A stretch of DNA of 54,509 bases, the filler included, from Sphacelaria rigidula (taxonomy: Eukaryota): the NCBI GenBank assembly GCA_964200075.2. It is 3 parts of 3 records of this genome, joined end to end, with 100 filler letters (N's around TTAATTAATTAA, not from the genome) between each part and the next. Parts side by side here need not be neighbours in the genome. Positions count along the whole stretch, not along the records: positions 18,208 to 36,309 come from CAXNAA020000917.1; positions 36,410 to 54,509 come from CAXNAA020000918.1; 1 more part is not named here. One strand, given 5' to 3'. This document shows, in pieces, positions 24,568 to 37,055 of the stretch. Numbering within the stretch: the stretch's first letter is position 1; every line of letters starts with the position of its first letter. Under the pieces are notes generated by a model that worked only from the letters and a program-made list of their open reading frames with translations, did not search any database and was not told the origin of the DNA. A program made the position numbers and the translations under genes.

Positions 24568-25139
24568 CTTCCTCTGTTCGGAAATATACTGTAGGCTCTC
24601 TCAGAGAAAAAAAGGCATCACTTTGGCGCAAATGCGATTTTTTTGTGTTTTGTGTTTTGTTTTGTTTTCGTAACGACCTGAAGAACACCCCGAAACCGAG
24701 GTCTTTGGTCAGTCCACAGTACAACACCACCTATACCCTCGGTGACCACAGAGTCCCTGGCCGAAGAGAGGGAAAACCACCGGTTGAAGGCCTTCCCCCT
24801 AGATTTTTTTCAATCGCCTTATTCGGCGGAATTCGTGCCGATTCGGCGGAGCTCGTAGAACCACTGTTTTTTGTGGTCCGACCAAACAACAGCACACGAG
24901 CAACGCCGGCAACCAGCTCAGTCTGGGGGGGGGTGTTATCTCGCGTGGGGGTGTTTTTTTTTTTCCGGGGGCAATATCACGTCATCCCCTGCTTTTTTAT
25001 TTTTTGCACATGGTACAAATGATGTGCGGAACACATACCAGTGGTGGCCTGATCAAGAACCGCGTTATTCGCACACTTCCCGAAGCGAGCGTATATTTCC
25101 GATATTTCCGAGAGAGCCTATATTTCCGAACAGAGGAAG
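24568..25139. mobile_element. Stowaway-like (Tc1/mariner) MITE, 572 bp
   Basis: TA|CTTCCTCTGTTCGGAAATATA ... TATATTTCCGAACAGAGGAAG|TA: perfect 21-bp TIR with TA on both sides. Confidence 0.85.
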
Positions 25140-25991
25140 TATATCGTAGCGACCAACATGCATCAGCGCTGAGCCTTGTGCACTACACGGCAAAGACAGC
25201 TGCAGGGCTACGGATTGGCTACGGAATTTTTAGCGTACAGCATGCAGCGAACCACATGTACGGTGCGACTATAAACTGCCGTGAACTGCAAAACATCAGG
25301 TACATCGGTCGTGCAGGATACAGTGCGCAGTATGCTCTTGCGCCAAATGGCGCATGATTTGCCCACATTTTGTCCACGAGTAGGACAATACCAAGCATGA
25401 TTCACACCTTTCTGGACATGTTTTGAGAAACGTCACGCGCTCACGTTCAAGCAACGCTATGCTCATACGCTGTAGAGGTATACCCCACGCGTCAGAGGGC
25501 CAGACGCCTCATCATCTCACGAACCGAGGAGACAAATAAAAACAAGTGGTGACAAGACAGGCTGAGCGCACCCATGTTTGCATGAAAAGACAAAAGACAC
25601 CATCTGCAAGCACGTGGGATGCACTTTCATTTCGACCCGGTTTCCACTCCTTTCCCACACACCTCAGGCCTCGTCCGCGAACAACGTTCTCTCTAAAACT
25701 GGTTCCTTGCCTACCGTCGTTGGGGCCCCTCGCTTCGGCGGCCATGGTCGCCGCAATTCACGAAAAACATAATGTCGGGGTTTCTTCTCGCTCGGGGCAA
25801 TAGACTCTCCGTAGCCCACCATCGTGTACCACCCTAAATTCGTGTGTCCCAAGATCGTTTCACATGATTTTACCTAGATCGTTTCACATGATTTTCCCGG
25901 TCAAGCCACCAAATACCGCATCGTGTCGTACTTCCCCTGTGCGCCTGTTCTTGTCACGCGACCCTTACTGTCGGGTTTGAGGGGGGAGAAG

Positions 25992-28900
25992 AGGGTTTCC
26001 AGCGTACTGCGCGGATCTAACACGACTGGGGTGGATCATCGGCCTGCTACCTTCGGCGCTTTCGCTGGAGTACATCACTGGTAATCTTGACCCGGCCAAA
26101 ACTCTCAGGGCAAGTCGGGTCGCGCTTGTGCGGAGGGCACAGGATGCTTTTTATCTATGTTCAAAGTAGGAAACACTCATTACTCCCTGCGCTTTGTATG
26201 ATGCGTGAGATGAGAGTTTTAAATCGCCTTCCTGTGTCGCCAAAATGAGAACGCTATGCTCCCACGGACGGCTGGCTACCGCGGCGGTTGTATCCGCCCG
26301 CGCCGTTCTGGTTCTCAAGTCTCGAGATCATTGATGTTCGGTAGGATGGATGGAGCACACCCAGACAGGTTACTTGGTGTACAGGATCCGTCTTCGGTGG
26401 GGACGAAGTTAGTCAGCGAGCTGCCTGAGGAGTGGCGGGAAAACCCTCTTTTAGCCCAAATTATCAAGAGGGGTCGAGATTTTGAGTAATCCTAAGAATG
26501 TTCGGGACATGCTCTCCACAACAGCTTGAAGAAGAGATCGGAATGTCAGACTAAGAGCGTTTGTGCGTGCATTCGTTTCTGACGGCATTGGCTTAGCGTC
26601 GGTCTTCGTGCCCCGGAATGAGAATGGGCTTTTGCGAAGCGCACAACTGTACTGCACGGTTGGTGTGACACAGAGCACTTCCTATGCTGACTCCGTGGAG
26701 ACAGATGGCACGAGTCCAATGGACGGCATATGTTGACCGTGCTGAACCACATAACTTGTACCTACCGACGCAATTTGTGCTAGGGGCAGTTTTAGATAAT
26801 TCACTCGCACACGAGGCAAAGCGTGGGACATTGCCCGCAACCACCCGTGACGAAACAATGCCGTCATACCTGGAAAAAAACGATCTGTCACAGGTGCATT
26901 GGAGGTCTCCCACAATTCGGCGGAATGCCAGTGGTGACGTCCCGCCCTATACTTGTAGAGTGCAATACCTTGGAAATAGTCTAGCGTATGGGGACTTGTG
27001 ACATACGGTTTTGGCCGCAATACAAAGGGGGGTACCGCGGTTTTTGTGGAAAGTGCTAGATCAGGTCCTGTGTTGAAACTTTCAGGTGCTGTGGTTTTCA
27101 CTCAGATCTAGTCCAGCATGCCGTCCACATGACGCGTACCGTTTGGTTTTTTCCCACTGTCCAACTGTGTGTGTTGTATTTCCCAGTTCAGCAGTGATCG
27201 TCCGGTTCGGCTGGCTAAATTATATGCTTCCGTTTTCATGTTATTTTTTGTGCTTATCTCATTCAAGTGTTGTTTGTATCCATAGTTTCGTGTCGCGAAG
27301 TCTTCATGCGTCGCGAGTTACTTACTCCCGTTGTTCTCGGTTCGTGCTGCGATTTTTCTTTTGGTTTTCTCCATGTTTTATTCGTACTGCAGTTTTACTA
27401 CGAAGCCATCGACAAAGCTCTGGAAGAAGTAAAAGCTAATCATCCTGGGGAAGGGGTGCACCTCATTGGCCACTCAATCGGAGGTGCGTTTGCTCCTCGA
27501 AGTGGTACGTATATTAGCTGCGGTGCGGTCGTGAGATGTGGGTACAGGAGAATTTGACTTCCAGTCGAAGTGAAGAGCCGGGAAAAAAACGGCAGCGACA
27601 CAGTTGCCTGCTGTGCTGCTACGAGTGTACCCCGCCCCACCGTCTGCACGGGAGGTATTGTCTACAGCTCGTGGTGTAATGGGTGTATGTGCGCACGCAA
27701 CTGACCGTTGATTCCCAGTGGGGAGGAGAGAGGAGGAACGAAGAAAAGGGAAGGACTAAAGTAAACTAAATTAAACCAAACATTCCGTTCAATAAAGCTG
27801 AAACCAAGGGGAAAACATGTCGTCAAAACTGAATGTATTTAATATACTGTTCGTTAAAAGTACGCCACTCAGCCAGTGCCGACCCACTGGCGATCGGATG
27901 GTGAAGCGCCGCCGACGAACAACGAAAGTACTTGCGCACTCGTAAGCTCTCCGGCCGCGACGCTCAGGCTCATCGCCCCTTACCAGCGCGGTTGACGCGT
28001 TCCCTCCGGACTGAACCAACTGACGTATTCACTTACCATCTCCCGGAAAACCTCGTCCGGGCCGAGGGAGGAATTTTAGCAAGCAATCGAGAAATCGACG
28101 TCTTCACCAGCTGAGGATTTCAAAATCGTCTGATACTCGACCAAGTCTATCGATACACGTTGAAGAAACATTTCCACAGGTATATGGTCTGTGGGAAGTT
28201 TTAGACGATTGTGGGCCGTTTTCCGCCTTTGACAGGCTTGGCAGTCTCGACACCAATTTCGCACGTCTCGACTTACTGTTTGCCATCAGTACTTCTGTCT
28301 GATTTTTTCGTAAGTCGGTTTGAATGCGAGGTGGCCTCCGGATTACGCATGGTCGTGATACGAGTGTAGTACGAACCCTATCAGAGCTGTAGGTAACACT
28401 AGTTGATCACGAAAGGTGCCTCTTTTTCGGAGGTTTCCTGGCAAATACGATCTGTACAAAATATTGTCTTGATTGAGTAGTACGATATGGATGACAACGA
28501 TTCTTTTGATTGGTGCACTATTCATCAGTCAAATACTGAATGTATGCGCCATGTTCTTTTGCCTGTTCTGGTTGCATTCTTGGCTTGTCTACAGACGTGA
28601 AGGCATTGGTTGCGCTGTTGTAGACGAACTTGACTGTAAACAGCTCTCTGTCGCTTTGTACTGGTTATAGATTATCCGGTTTGTCCGCCGAGAATTGAAA
28701 TGGCTGGTACGGTTTTTCGGTGTGTAATTCGGTCTCCTCCTGCACATTACGACAAATCGGAGCGAGTAGTGGCTTGACTTCGTCTTCCTGTTGTTGCTCG
28801 AATTTAAAGAGTCGTGATCGAGTGTCGAGTATGATATTTAGTTTTCCCTGCTTATGCTGCACCGTGAAGCCATACGACTGCAAAGCAATTGCCCATCTGG

Positions 28901-31900
28901 TGAGCATGTTGCTTATATCTTGCATCGCATACAGATATTGCAGCGCCGCATGGTCCGTCACGTAAGTGAAATGTCTGCCCCATAAGAAAGGCCTCCAATG
29001 TTGGATTGCCAAAATAACGGCGTAACATCCCTTGAGGGGAGCAGAATAGTGCCTTCGGGCATGGTTGAAACGTTGACCGAAGTAAGCTATGATCGCTTGG
29101 TCATCGCCTTTCTGCTGCCATAGGTGGGCCTCCACTCATTGATTGCTGGTTTTGATTCGGACCACCAATTCTTGAGAGAAATCATGTAAGTCTAAAACTG
29201 GGGCAGTAGCCAAAAGTCGTTTCACTTCTGCGAAAGATTCGTCATGTTCTGCCTCCCAACGTTTTGCTACTTTTTTCACCGCTTCTTTCTCTGTGAGATC
29301 AACCAAGGGTGCAGTGACCTCGGTCCGGTTTGGGATGAGCTTTCTCACAAAATTGATCATGCCGAGCAATGAGCGCAACTGCTTGATGCTTGTCGGTTTC
29401 GAAAAGTTCAGTATTTCTTTTATACGGTCGTCGCCTATTTTTATACCGTCCGCTGACAGAGTGTGTCCTTGGTATTTAACTTCCTTTAGTCCAAACTGTA
29501 CTGTTGACGGTTTCAGGGTGAGACCTGCTGCTTGCAGCGCCTTGAACATGTCCTCAAATATAGTCAGGTGGCTTTCCCAAGAAGAACACGCGATTATTTC
29601 GTCCATGCACACCAGGAGGCCGCTATTCGGTCCAAAGTGGGAAAATGTAGAGCCATTATCCGTGTGAAAGTAAATGGGGAGGACGCTAATTCCAATAGGA
29701 GGCGATTAAATACCCAATTACCCTTTGCTCGTGACGGAGGTTGCTTCCTCCTTTTCTTCCTCCGCTATAGGGATTTGGTGGAATGCACTCTGCACGTCAA
29801 AGACCGAAACGTGTTTTGCTCCCGCCACTATGTCACCGTGAAATTCCACGTGAGGCATGGGCCATGACTTACGAAGCGGACTTTTGTGGAGTGTAGACCT
29901 ATATTCTACGCAAAATCGAGCCGTACCGTCGCTTTTAGCGACGATAGTCACCGCAGAGCCCCAAAGGCTAGCTCTTTGCTCAGTGATGCCGTCTCTTTTC
30001 ATTTCGTGTGCATACTTGTCGACGATTTCTTGTACTCTTGAGTTGGCCTGCATAGTCGTCTGTCGACTGGTTGTGTACCTGGTTGGAGTGGAAGTGTAGC
30101 TTCACCTATCGTGCAGCATTCCGACTCCTGTGGTGAAAGCGAAAAGACTGTCCTGCATTTAGTGCACAGATCGAAGACTTGGTCTCTCTTTTCTTGCGAA
30201 AATGTGGTGGTTGTGACAGCATTTTTGAACACCTTTCCCAACTCTTGACGGGTGTAGTAGCTTTTTGTTTGTTTTCGGCGACTTCACTGCTTGTGTTGGT
30301 CGTTTTTACTGCCAGGACTTCCGATGCAGGTGTAATGTATCCTAACACAGTGTTCCGCTCAACACAGACGTGCCTGCTGGATGGGTTGGCCACCTGAACC
30401 ATAGCTGCATTATTCACCGCGGACCATGTACAAACCGTTCGTGCCACGATCAAGCGGCTGAAAGCGCTGGTATATCCAACGATCGAACGTCCTGTTCTGC
30501 AACGATGCGCGGCTGAATCATCCCAGTGGTTGTCACTTCAGGAGGTTCATCAGACTCGACATGAAGGGCCACCTCTTTTGTGAAAGAACGACACACTTTT
30601 TTCCCGAGATATACTGGGGCAAGTCACTGGGGCAAGTTGCGCCGCAGTTTCTACTGACAACGGAACACATGTCATATCCTCCGCGTGTAGAGTTATTTTT
30701 CTCGTTCCGTCTATTGTGTGTAGCTTTGTTTTGACATCGAAATTTAAGAGCGATAATGTCTCAGCCTCCCAGTCTAAAATGCCTCCAAACGCTCCCATCA
30801 ATGCATTATCGATCAGCATGCGGTCTGGATCCAAATCACGCAAAACAAACGCTTCAACGGGCAAGTTTTTTCTCCCTAACGTGCAGTCGAACCGAACGAA
30901 GCCGACTACTTTGATGCGTGAATTGTCCGCGCTTCTAAGATCCAAAGATCCGCTTGGGACTGGTTTGATGCCCGCCGTCTTCAGAGTAGGGTGCGAATGC
31001 ATGGACTCCAGGCTGATGACAGGCAGGTCGGCTGCTGAATCTATAGCCATGGCCTCAACGGCGCTATCATTCACTCTCGCTGGTACTTGGACTCTTACTC
31101 AAGCTGGATGTATCGTTGCAGGTCTCCTTGGGTACCGTGCCAGGGACATGTGGAAAGCTTCGAACTCGTGAGAGTCAGGAGTCGGAAATTTCGATCGGTG
31201 TTTTGCATTGATACTACATGACGGTTGTGCCATGAAAGCTGCTTGCGGAGCACTCTCCAACTACGAAGGCTGGCTACAGGGCACCTCTTTTCGACTTGTG
31301 TTGCTCACTCTGAGCTTCTGCTTGACTTCAGCATGTACTTTCGCCGCCTCTTTGTGGGACTTCGCACTCGATCCCGTTGAAGGGGCTACTGCACTTCCGG
31401 AAAATTGCATGCTTTTCCCGATCTTTTCAACCAGAGGGCTTTCCCTCGGGTTATTACTACTAAAGGTCATGCGTGCTACCTGCTTCGTCTTGAACGTTGA
31501 CTGCTACGGTAGTTGCCCTTTTTGCTAAATGTACCTTACACTGCCCGGACGAGGGATCCCGTGCTGGGCACCTTCAACATCCAAGGGCGGTCGATTCCCC
31601 CCTCTGTCTCTTGGCTTGTTGGCAGTTTTCTATCGTATGAGTTTTTGTATACTCACACAAACGTTCACGAGCAAGACTGTTGAACTTCTTTACCCGTGGA
31701 GGGTCTCATCCTAACGGGGGTTTTGCTACTAGATCCTCCCCTGGGCTCAAACCGTACACGTTTCGCGCCATCTTTCGATCCAGCTGCTTGCCCTTGCAGC
31801 TCTGCCGAGGTTGATGTGCGTTTGTGCCGTCTGCCTCGTTCTGAACTGCGGTCTCTCTCCTCGAGGAGTTTGTCCAACTTTCCGTCCAGATCAGCCACGG

Positions 31901-34900
31901 TTTCCGCGAGCTGTGCAGTTGGGTTTTTTGCAACAGAGGAGATGTGGGGAGCGGAGATCAAGTTTTGAGGTACTGGATCGCGCAAGTTGTTTGTTTCGTG
32001 TTCCTTTGCTCTTGCTCGCGCTATCTGAAAACTGCGGGTGGGGTCTTTCTACTCCGATGTGGGGCGGTAAACCTGCTTCAAAAGCTTCTGTCTGACTAAC
32101 CTCTCGGGCGAAGCTGAACGGGTCTCCGCCTTTTGGTGTCACCCGGGAAGCTTCGGCATGGAAACGAGAGTGTGCCTTGGCTACCTCGAGTGCATACGCG
32201 TCGGCGGCTTGACCATCGTTGTACTTGAATTGAGCGATAGCTCTCGCTAGAATGGCTATACGGTTTGGGGGCGAGTACAGGTTGGTGTATGCGTCTACCC
32301 ACTCGTTCCAAGATGTTGGGGTTCAAGTCTGTACGTCTCTGCCTTGCGCTCGAAGCTGTTCGAGCTGTGCTTCTGTGTGCCATTCTAGTGTGCCACTTGC
32401 TAGATTGGAGTACGCGTCAAGGGCTGTCCCGCGGGGTAGTAGCTGGAGGTGCTTGGTGCATCTACGGTCGATTACCTCTGAACTGCACTGACCCTGAGAG
32501 TTAATTTGCACTCTTGATCTGTGCTCGCGCATGATGTATGGTATATCTTCTGTCGCAAATCCGTGTAAAGCCATGTTCGTACCTAGGTCAGACTGCTTTA
32601 GGTTGAATCGTGTCGCTTGCTCGGCATATATTTCCCCTCTTCTCGAATGAGTACCCCCCCCCCCTTCTCGAATGTACGAGTAGTAGACGGTCATTGGAGA
32701 CGTCTGTTCGGGTGTTTATCGGATTGTTCGTTTCTGGTTGGATCTCAGCATGTGGGCAGTTACTGCGAATGGCATACCTGGAGACTACCCGTTGGGGACT
32801 CTTCATCTTATCTACTGGAGGCGCAGTCGTGCTTCTCGTCTCGTTACTTAGACTAACTGGGGGTGTGCTGTTTACTGCACTGCCAACTCGCTGGCCGAAC
32901 GTTCAACCAGGCACTACCTCGTTACTCAGTGGTTACTCAGTTGGTTACTCGTACTACTCTGCGTCACCTATGCAACCTGACGGAGAGCGTCCTCCGATGG
33001 TGAGGTCAAACCTAACGCCGAAAGGACCCGCGCCGTGGGGTTAGACCCGTCCCGAGCGTGACTTTCGAGGATGTTTAGAGCGACCCGCAAACCCGCCGCC
33101 TTCGCCTCCTCGACGTTGGATACTGGGGAGTAGTAGCACTCGCCCTCCTGGTCTGACTCGCTGTCTTCATCGCTGTCGCCGCCTGGAGCCAAGCGGTGAA
33201 ACCTACTTCTGTCGCTGTTACTATCACTACCACCACCTCCAACTTCTGCTGCCCCTCTGTTTTCTCCTCTGTATCGGGCTGTTGGTTTGGTTGATTCCCG
33301 CCTTTTTTTCACCTTGATATTTTGCTCTGGTGGGGGGCGTAGCCCATGTCGCAGGGCTGGTGTCCTCCGCTTCAACGGCCATGACCGCCTCCGCGGGGTC
33401 GGAGTTCGATCCCGCTCGCCTGTCTTGGCGTCAGCTTTGGCGGATGTCGGCGTGACCGTTGGTGGCAAAGCGTTGCTGGTGTTCTTGGCCGGCATGTTTG
33501 TGGTGGTGCCGTCTAAAATAACTACTGCTCTTTTGCAAACTTGCGCTGAATCACCGTTTCGCGTGAGTTTGTTCCGGATGGTGTCGCCACCGTAAACTAG
33601 ACTTCGCTGGGGGCGAGGCAGTGGCGCTACGTGTCTTGATGGAGAATGTTGTCGTGCCCTGCTGCCCAAAGATCTCCAAAGCGAGGCGTAATTTTCTCCC
33701 TTGTTGTGTGGGTCGAAGATCTAGCCGTGAGCCGGTGGTGGGCAAAAAGAGTGACCGGGCTTGCGCTGAGGTACAGCAAACGGTCAACCAGGGCTCTTAC
33801 GGTGGCTCTTGTTGTACCATGCTCCTTCTACTAAGGACACTGTTGCCTAGTTTGCCAAAGCTCCTGCTACACAGGTTTGAACATTTTGCGTCCGGTCGTG
33901 TATGTCACTGGAGGACCCCGTTCCTGTGACTGTTTCTCCGGTTCACATGTGTACTCTGGTGTTCATTGCGCTCAATACAAATATGGTTTCCACATTTTTA
34001 CTTCTTTCCGCTTCTTTGCAAACATCCACTCCCTTGTCTTCTCGACCTTCGCTATGTACGCAGTCTCGGTGGTCGATAGAGTTAGGCGGTGTTGAGTACG
34101 ACTATAAATAGTGGCAGATCTCGGTGAACCCCCATACATGACCACCCTCCCCAAAACCTAATGTCAATATGTATCCTTCTTGCCGTAACCCCTAGTAGCA
34201 TTATCTGAAAGCACATCCTTTCAACGTGTAAAAGTAGTCACGTGCTAATCTAAAATGGCGCGCCATTGCTCGAACTGCGTTGTTGGCTACATCTGGTCAT
34301 GTCGCCCCTGTCAACGACATAGCACCTCGTACCGTATTACAGGATGGGCGGTCTACGATAGTGTAGTCACCCGTTGTCGGTCCTAAACTCTCCGCAGCAG
34401 TCGAGGTAGGCGTGTCAGAGTAACTCTTCACTCACGCCAAAATGCTTCAATAGGGTGTCGACCGAGAACGTGGTTTGCGCCATGAAACCCGTGGCCTTAT
34501 CCCCATCTCGATCTATTGCACAACATATGTACCAGTTGACTGCAAGATATTAGGTACTAAGACATACTGTTGTTTTTCATGAGGACCGCCAGGGGGTGAG
34601 CGCCTTGGCTGAGAACCCCTCTATTCTTGTCACGGCAAGCACATAGATGTGAGGTGGCGTCTTTCATTGGGGATTCGGTAAGAACGGAAGAGGTGAGACA
34701 TCGTGCATTGGATGTTCGTGTGTTGCAGTATGCTGGTGTCCTGACCAAACCTCTCCCTATGCTGCTACTTCAGGGGCATCGACGCGCCTTGATGAACTTG
34801 GGGGATGACAAGTCGACGCGTGTGATGTATGCAATGTTCTTTATATCTATATGTTGCATCTATCGTAGGTGTTTGAGATCATGTTTACGTGATACATTTG

Positions 34901-35902
34901 TGCATATGTACGGCTAAGCCACTCGCGCTACTCTGAGGGGCACGGGTTTTGGTAAGGGGTTCCCGGCACGACGTGCATTCGCCTTGGCCAGCGTCTATGA
35001 GAAGGGCTGCTGTAGTTTAGCGCACGCCTTGAAATTTGAGCTTCGTCGGCTCAAATTTTAATGATGAGAGGAGGGGGGCTTTCTCGGAAGGCCGGGCTTT
35101 CCCCTCAAGTATTGGAGAGTTTGTGTCATGATGTCCCAGACCAGGCGGGTGTTTGTGTTAACATACATGGTCAATGACATCTTCGTCGTTGAAGGGGTAT
35201 TGGACTGACAAACGGGTCTTCGGAGTAGTGTGTGGGTAAAATCAGGCTGTGATGTCTGCCGCTGTTTGGATAACCAACCCACCTTCATCACTCGTCTTTG
35301 GCTCTTCAGCCCTGATATCCAGCTCTACCTGAGCGCTCAAGAACAATGATACGGCCGTCTTCTCCGTCAGGGGCCATCGAATATGTACCACCTACTCACT
35401 CCGGCGACAAAAGCCACATCAACCCCAAGAATGACGAGCAACATCTATCCCGGAGGATCTTTCCGGGGTAGGTGCTGGGGAAACAGACAATCGTTCCCGG
35501 GTCCGTGCGGAGAAAACAATACCCCAACGCGCGTGTGTGGGCGCGTGTTGGGATATGAGTATTGATCTAAATATATGTATATAGCCTGGTACTCGAGAAA
35601 GCCCTCTTGTTTTTCACCCCCTGTGTGTGCGCGCGTTTGTTTTCACCGTCTATCGCCCTCTGCAGGATGGATCACGCGGGCGTGGCTCGCAGAGGAATGC
35701 TCAGACGCCGACCGGGGAAACACGCTAAGTCTCACGATGCTAGGCACCCCCAACAACAACCCTCCGAAGGAAAATCCCGTAGGGGGGGATTGGACCGCGC
35801 TAGACCAGACGAGAGGCCTCTTGAGAAACATCAATGAGAGATTCCCAGGGGCATACGTGGACAGTGTGCAATACACCAGCGTTTGCGGGACGGCTTTGCA
35901 AG
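25992..35902 (+). CDS. Alpha/beta-hydrolase (lipase/PGAP1-like, GHSxGG nucleophile elbow); partial, 3 exons resolved
   Basis: Exons about 25992-26109 (GFPAYCADLTRLGWIIGLLPSALSLEYITGNLDPAKTLR; GC donor), 27393-27483 (FYYEAIDKALEEVKANHPGEGVHLIGHSIG) and 35666-35902 (GWITRAWLAEE..LSLTMLGTPN..LDQTRGLLRNINERFPGAY..YTSVCG). Phases match. The motif series LIGHSxGGW / LGTP / DQTRGLL is recalled from a plant-algal-cyanobacterial hydrolase family. First exon(s) not found; the 3' part runs off the contig. Confidence 0.85.
28076..34140 (-). mobile_element. Decayed Ty3/Gypsy LTR retrotransposon inside the hydrolase intron, 3'-truncated in the integrase
   Basis: Minus-strand order: gag-like fragments (about 33670-31200), protease (AIDSAAD, 31074-30550), RT (ASLWGSAVTIVAKSDGTARFCVEYR..FDVQSAFHQIPI, degenerate CMDEII; 30053-29136), RNase H (YAVILAIQHWRPFLWGRHFTYVTDHAAL..RWAIALQSY; 29135-28665), integrase zinc finger H..GGH..CRDCQAC and start of core VSIDL (about 28370-28110). 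PR-RT-RH-INT order is Gypsy. Many stops and frameshifts; no matching LTR pair found. Confidence 0.93.
34118..34134 (-). promoter_or_regulatory. Candidate primer-binding site of the Gypsy element (tRNA-Pro-like)
   Basis: Minus strand TGGGGGTTCACCGAGAT, 4 nt after a CA, upstream of the gag region; resembles the tRNA-Pro PBS TGGGGGCTCGTCCGGGAT. Confidence 0.4.
34565..34810 (+). mobile_element. Ty1/Copia RNase H C-terminal fragment (pseudogenised)
   Basis: Across frameshifts it reads VFHEDRQGVSALAENP..KHIDVR..FIGDSV..QYAGVLTKPL..HRRALMNL, matching the Copia pattern EDNQGAIALAENP..KHIDVR.HFIRD..Q.AD.LTKPL. Confidence 0.8.
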
Positions 35903-36213
35903 GTTCGTAGAAATTGAACAGGAAACAATGGGATGAGATGAGATGGGGGAAAGGGGGAGGGAGTGCCTGCAACACGGGGAGTAAAGACTACTATCTCTTT
36001 GATTTTCTCGATAAGGTACGTGATCCGGGTACAGAGACAAGTGTCCCATAAGCATGAACGAGCGAGCTTACGAGCGAGCTTAGAAGTGAAGTGCCACGTG
36101 TAGTAGGGAGCGTTGTACCATACCACAAAGTCCAAAAGAGGCTGACCGAAAAATGAAGAAAATATTCTGGGTGACTCGCATATGCCATTTGTTTTCATTT
36201 CCTCGGAGAAAGA

Positions 36214-36290
36214 AGGGGGGGGGGGGGGGGTACTCATTTGTTGCTTGCCTTAGTCGTTTGACCATTGACCGCGCATCCCTTTCGAGCGGG
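36214..36290 (-). repeat. Dispersed short intronic repeat, copy 2
   Basis: poly-G + TACTCATTTGTTGCTTGCCTTAGTCGTTTGACCAT is the reverse complement of 1-50. Confidence 0.9.
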
Positions 36291-36309
36291 AGCACCGTTC
36301 CTCCTCCTA

Positions 36310-36409
36310 NNNNNNNNNNNNNNNNNNNNNNNNNNNNNNNNNNNNNNNNNNNNTTAATTAATTAANNNNNNNNNNNNNNNNNNNNNNNNNNNNNNNNNNN
36401 NNNNNNNNN
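36310..36409. other. Artificial contig-joining linker
   Basis: 44 N + TTAATTAATTAA (36354-36365) + 44 N. Confidence 0.97.
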
Positions 36410-37055
36410 TCTTTTTTTCTTCCCCCCCCCCCGCCCCCCCCCCCCCCCCCCCCCCCCCCGATGACCCGCTCCCTTTTGTGGACGAGTCTGAAGTCTCAAG
36501 GGATGAGCCCATGCCTACCCCAGTACATACGCTGCGATCGATAATATAGAACTGGACCAGCACTTCTACACCCTATCCACTTTCATTGACTTTCGCGTCG
36601 AACCTCACGCTTTCATGTTTTTCATGAAAACCAGTGAAGTAAACAATAAGTAGTAACCGTCGGGATCCGAACGCACTACTGCTACTCCGCCCAAGCTAGC
36701 CGATGATGCACAAGTTGGACCATCGGGGCGCGGCGGCTTCAAAACTATTCCCGAATTGTGCGGTCCGCGGAATGGAAATCACGATTCGAAGACTTACCGC
36801 GCACCGCAATACTGCGGGAAACGCACGATCGCGGGTGAAAATATATTCTTGAAAATTACGATCCACGTAAAGATTCTCCATTTACATGATGACATGTAAC
36901 ATTTACTGGCATCGCTCGCTCACTCCGGGAATTCCGGCATGGTATGCTCTTCGTTATTTCGTTCGGTGTCGACACAACGAACTAAACACACCGGTCGCTC
37001 CCCTTGTCATACCTTCTGGCGCGCAAACATACAATAACAACAACGGACAGACACA

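Noticed and set aside
35100-35460. Possible Copia RT remnants (MVNDIFVV; DVAFVAGVSRWY)
   Set aside because: Too degenerate, and on inconsistent strands, to call without an alignment.
36410-36563. Third minus-strand ORF (MGSSLETSDSSTKGSGSSGGGG) downstream of the CDC26 pair
   Set aside because: The Gly run comes from a poly-G tract at a contig end; no independent support.
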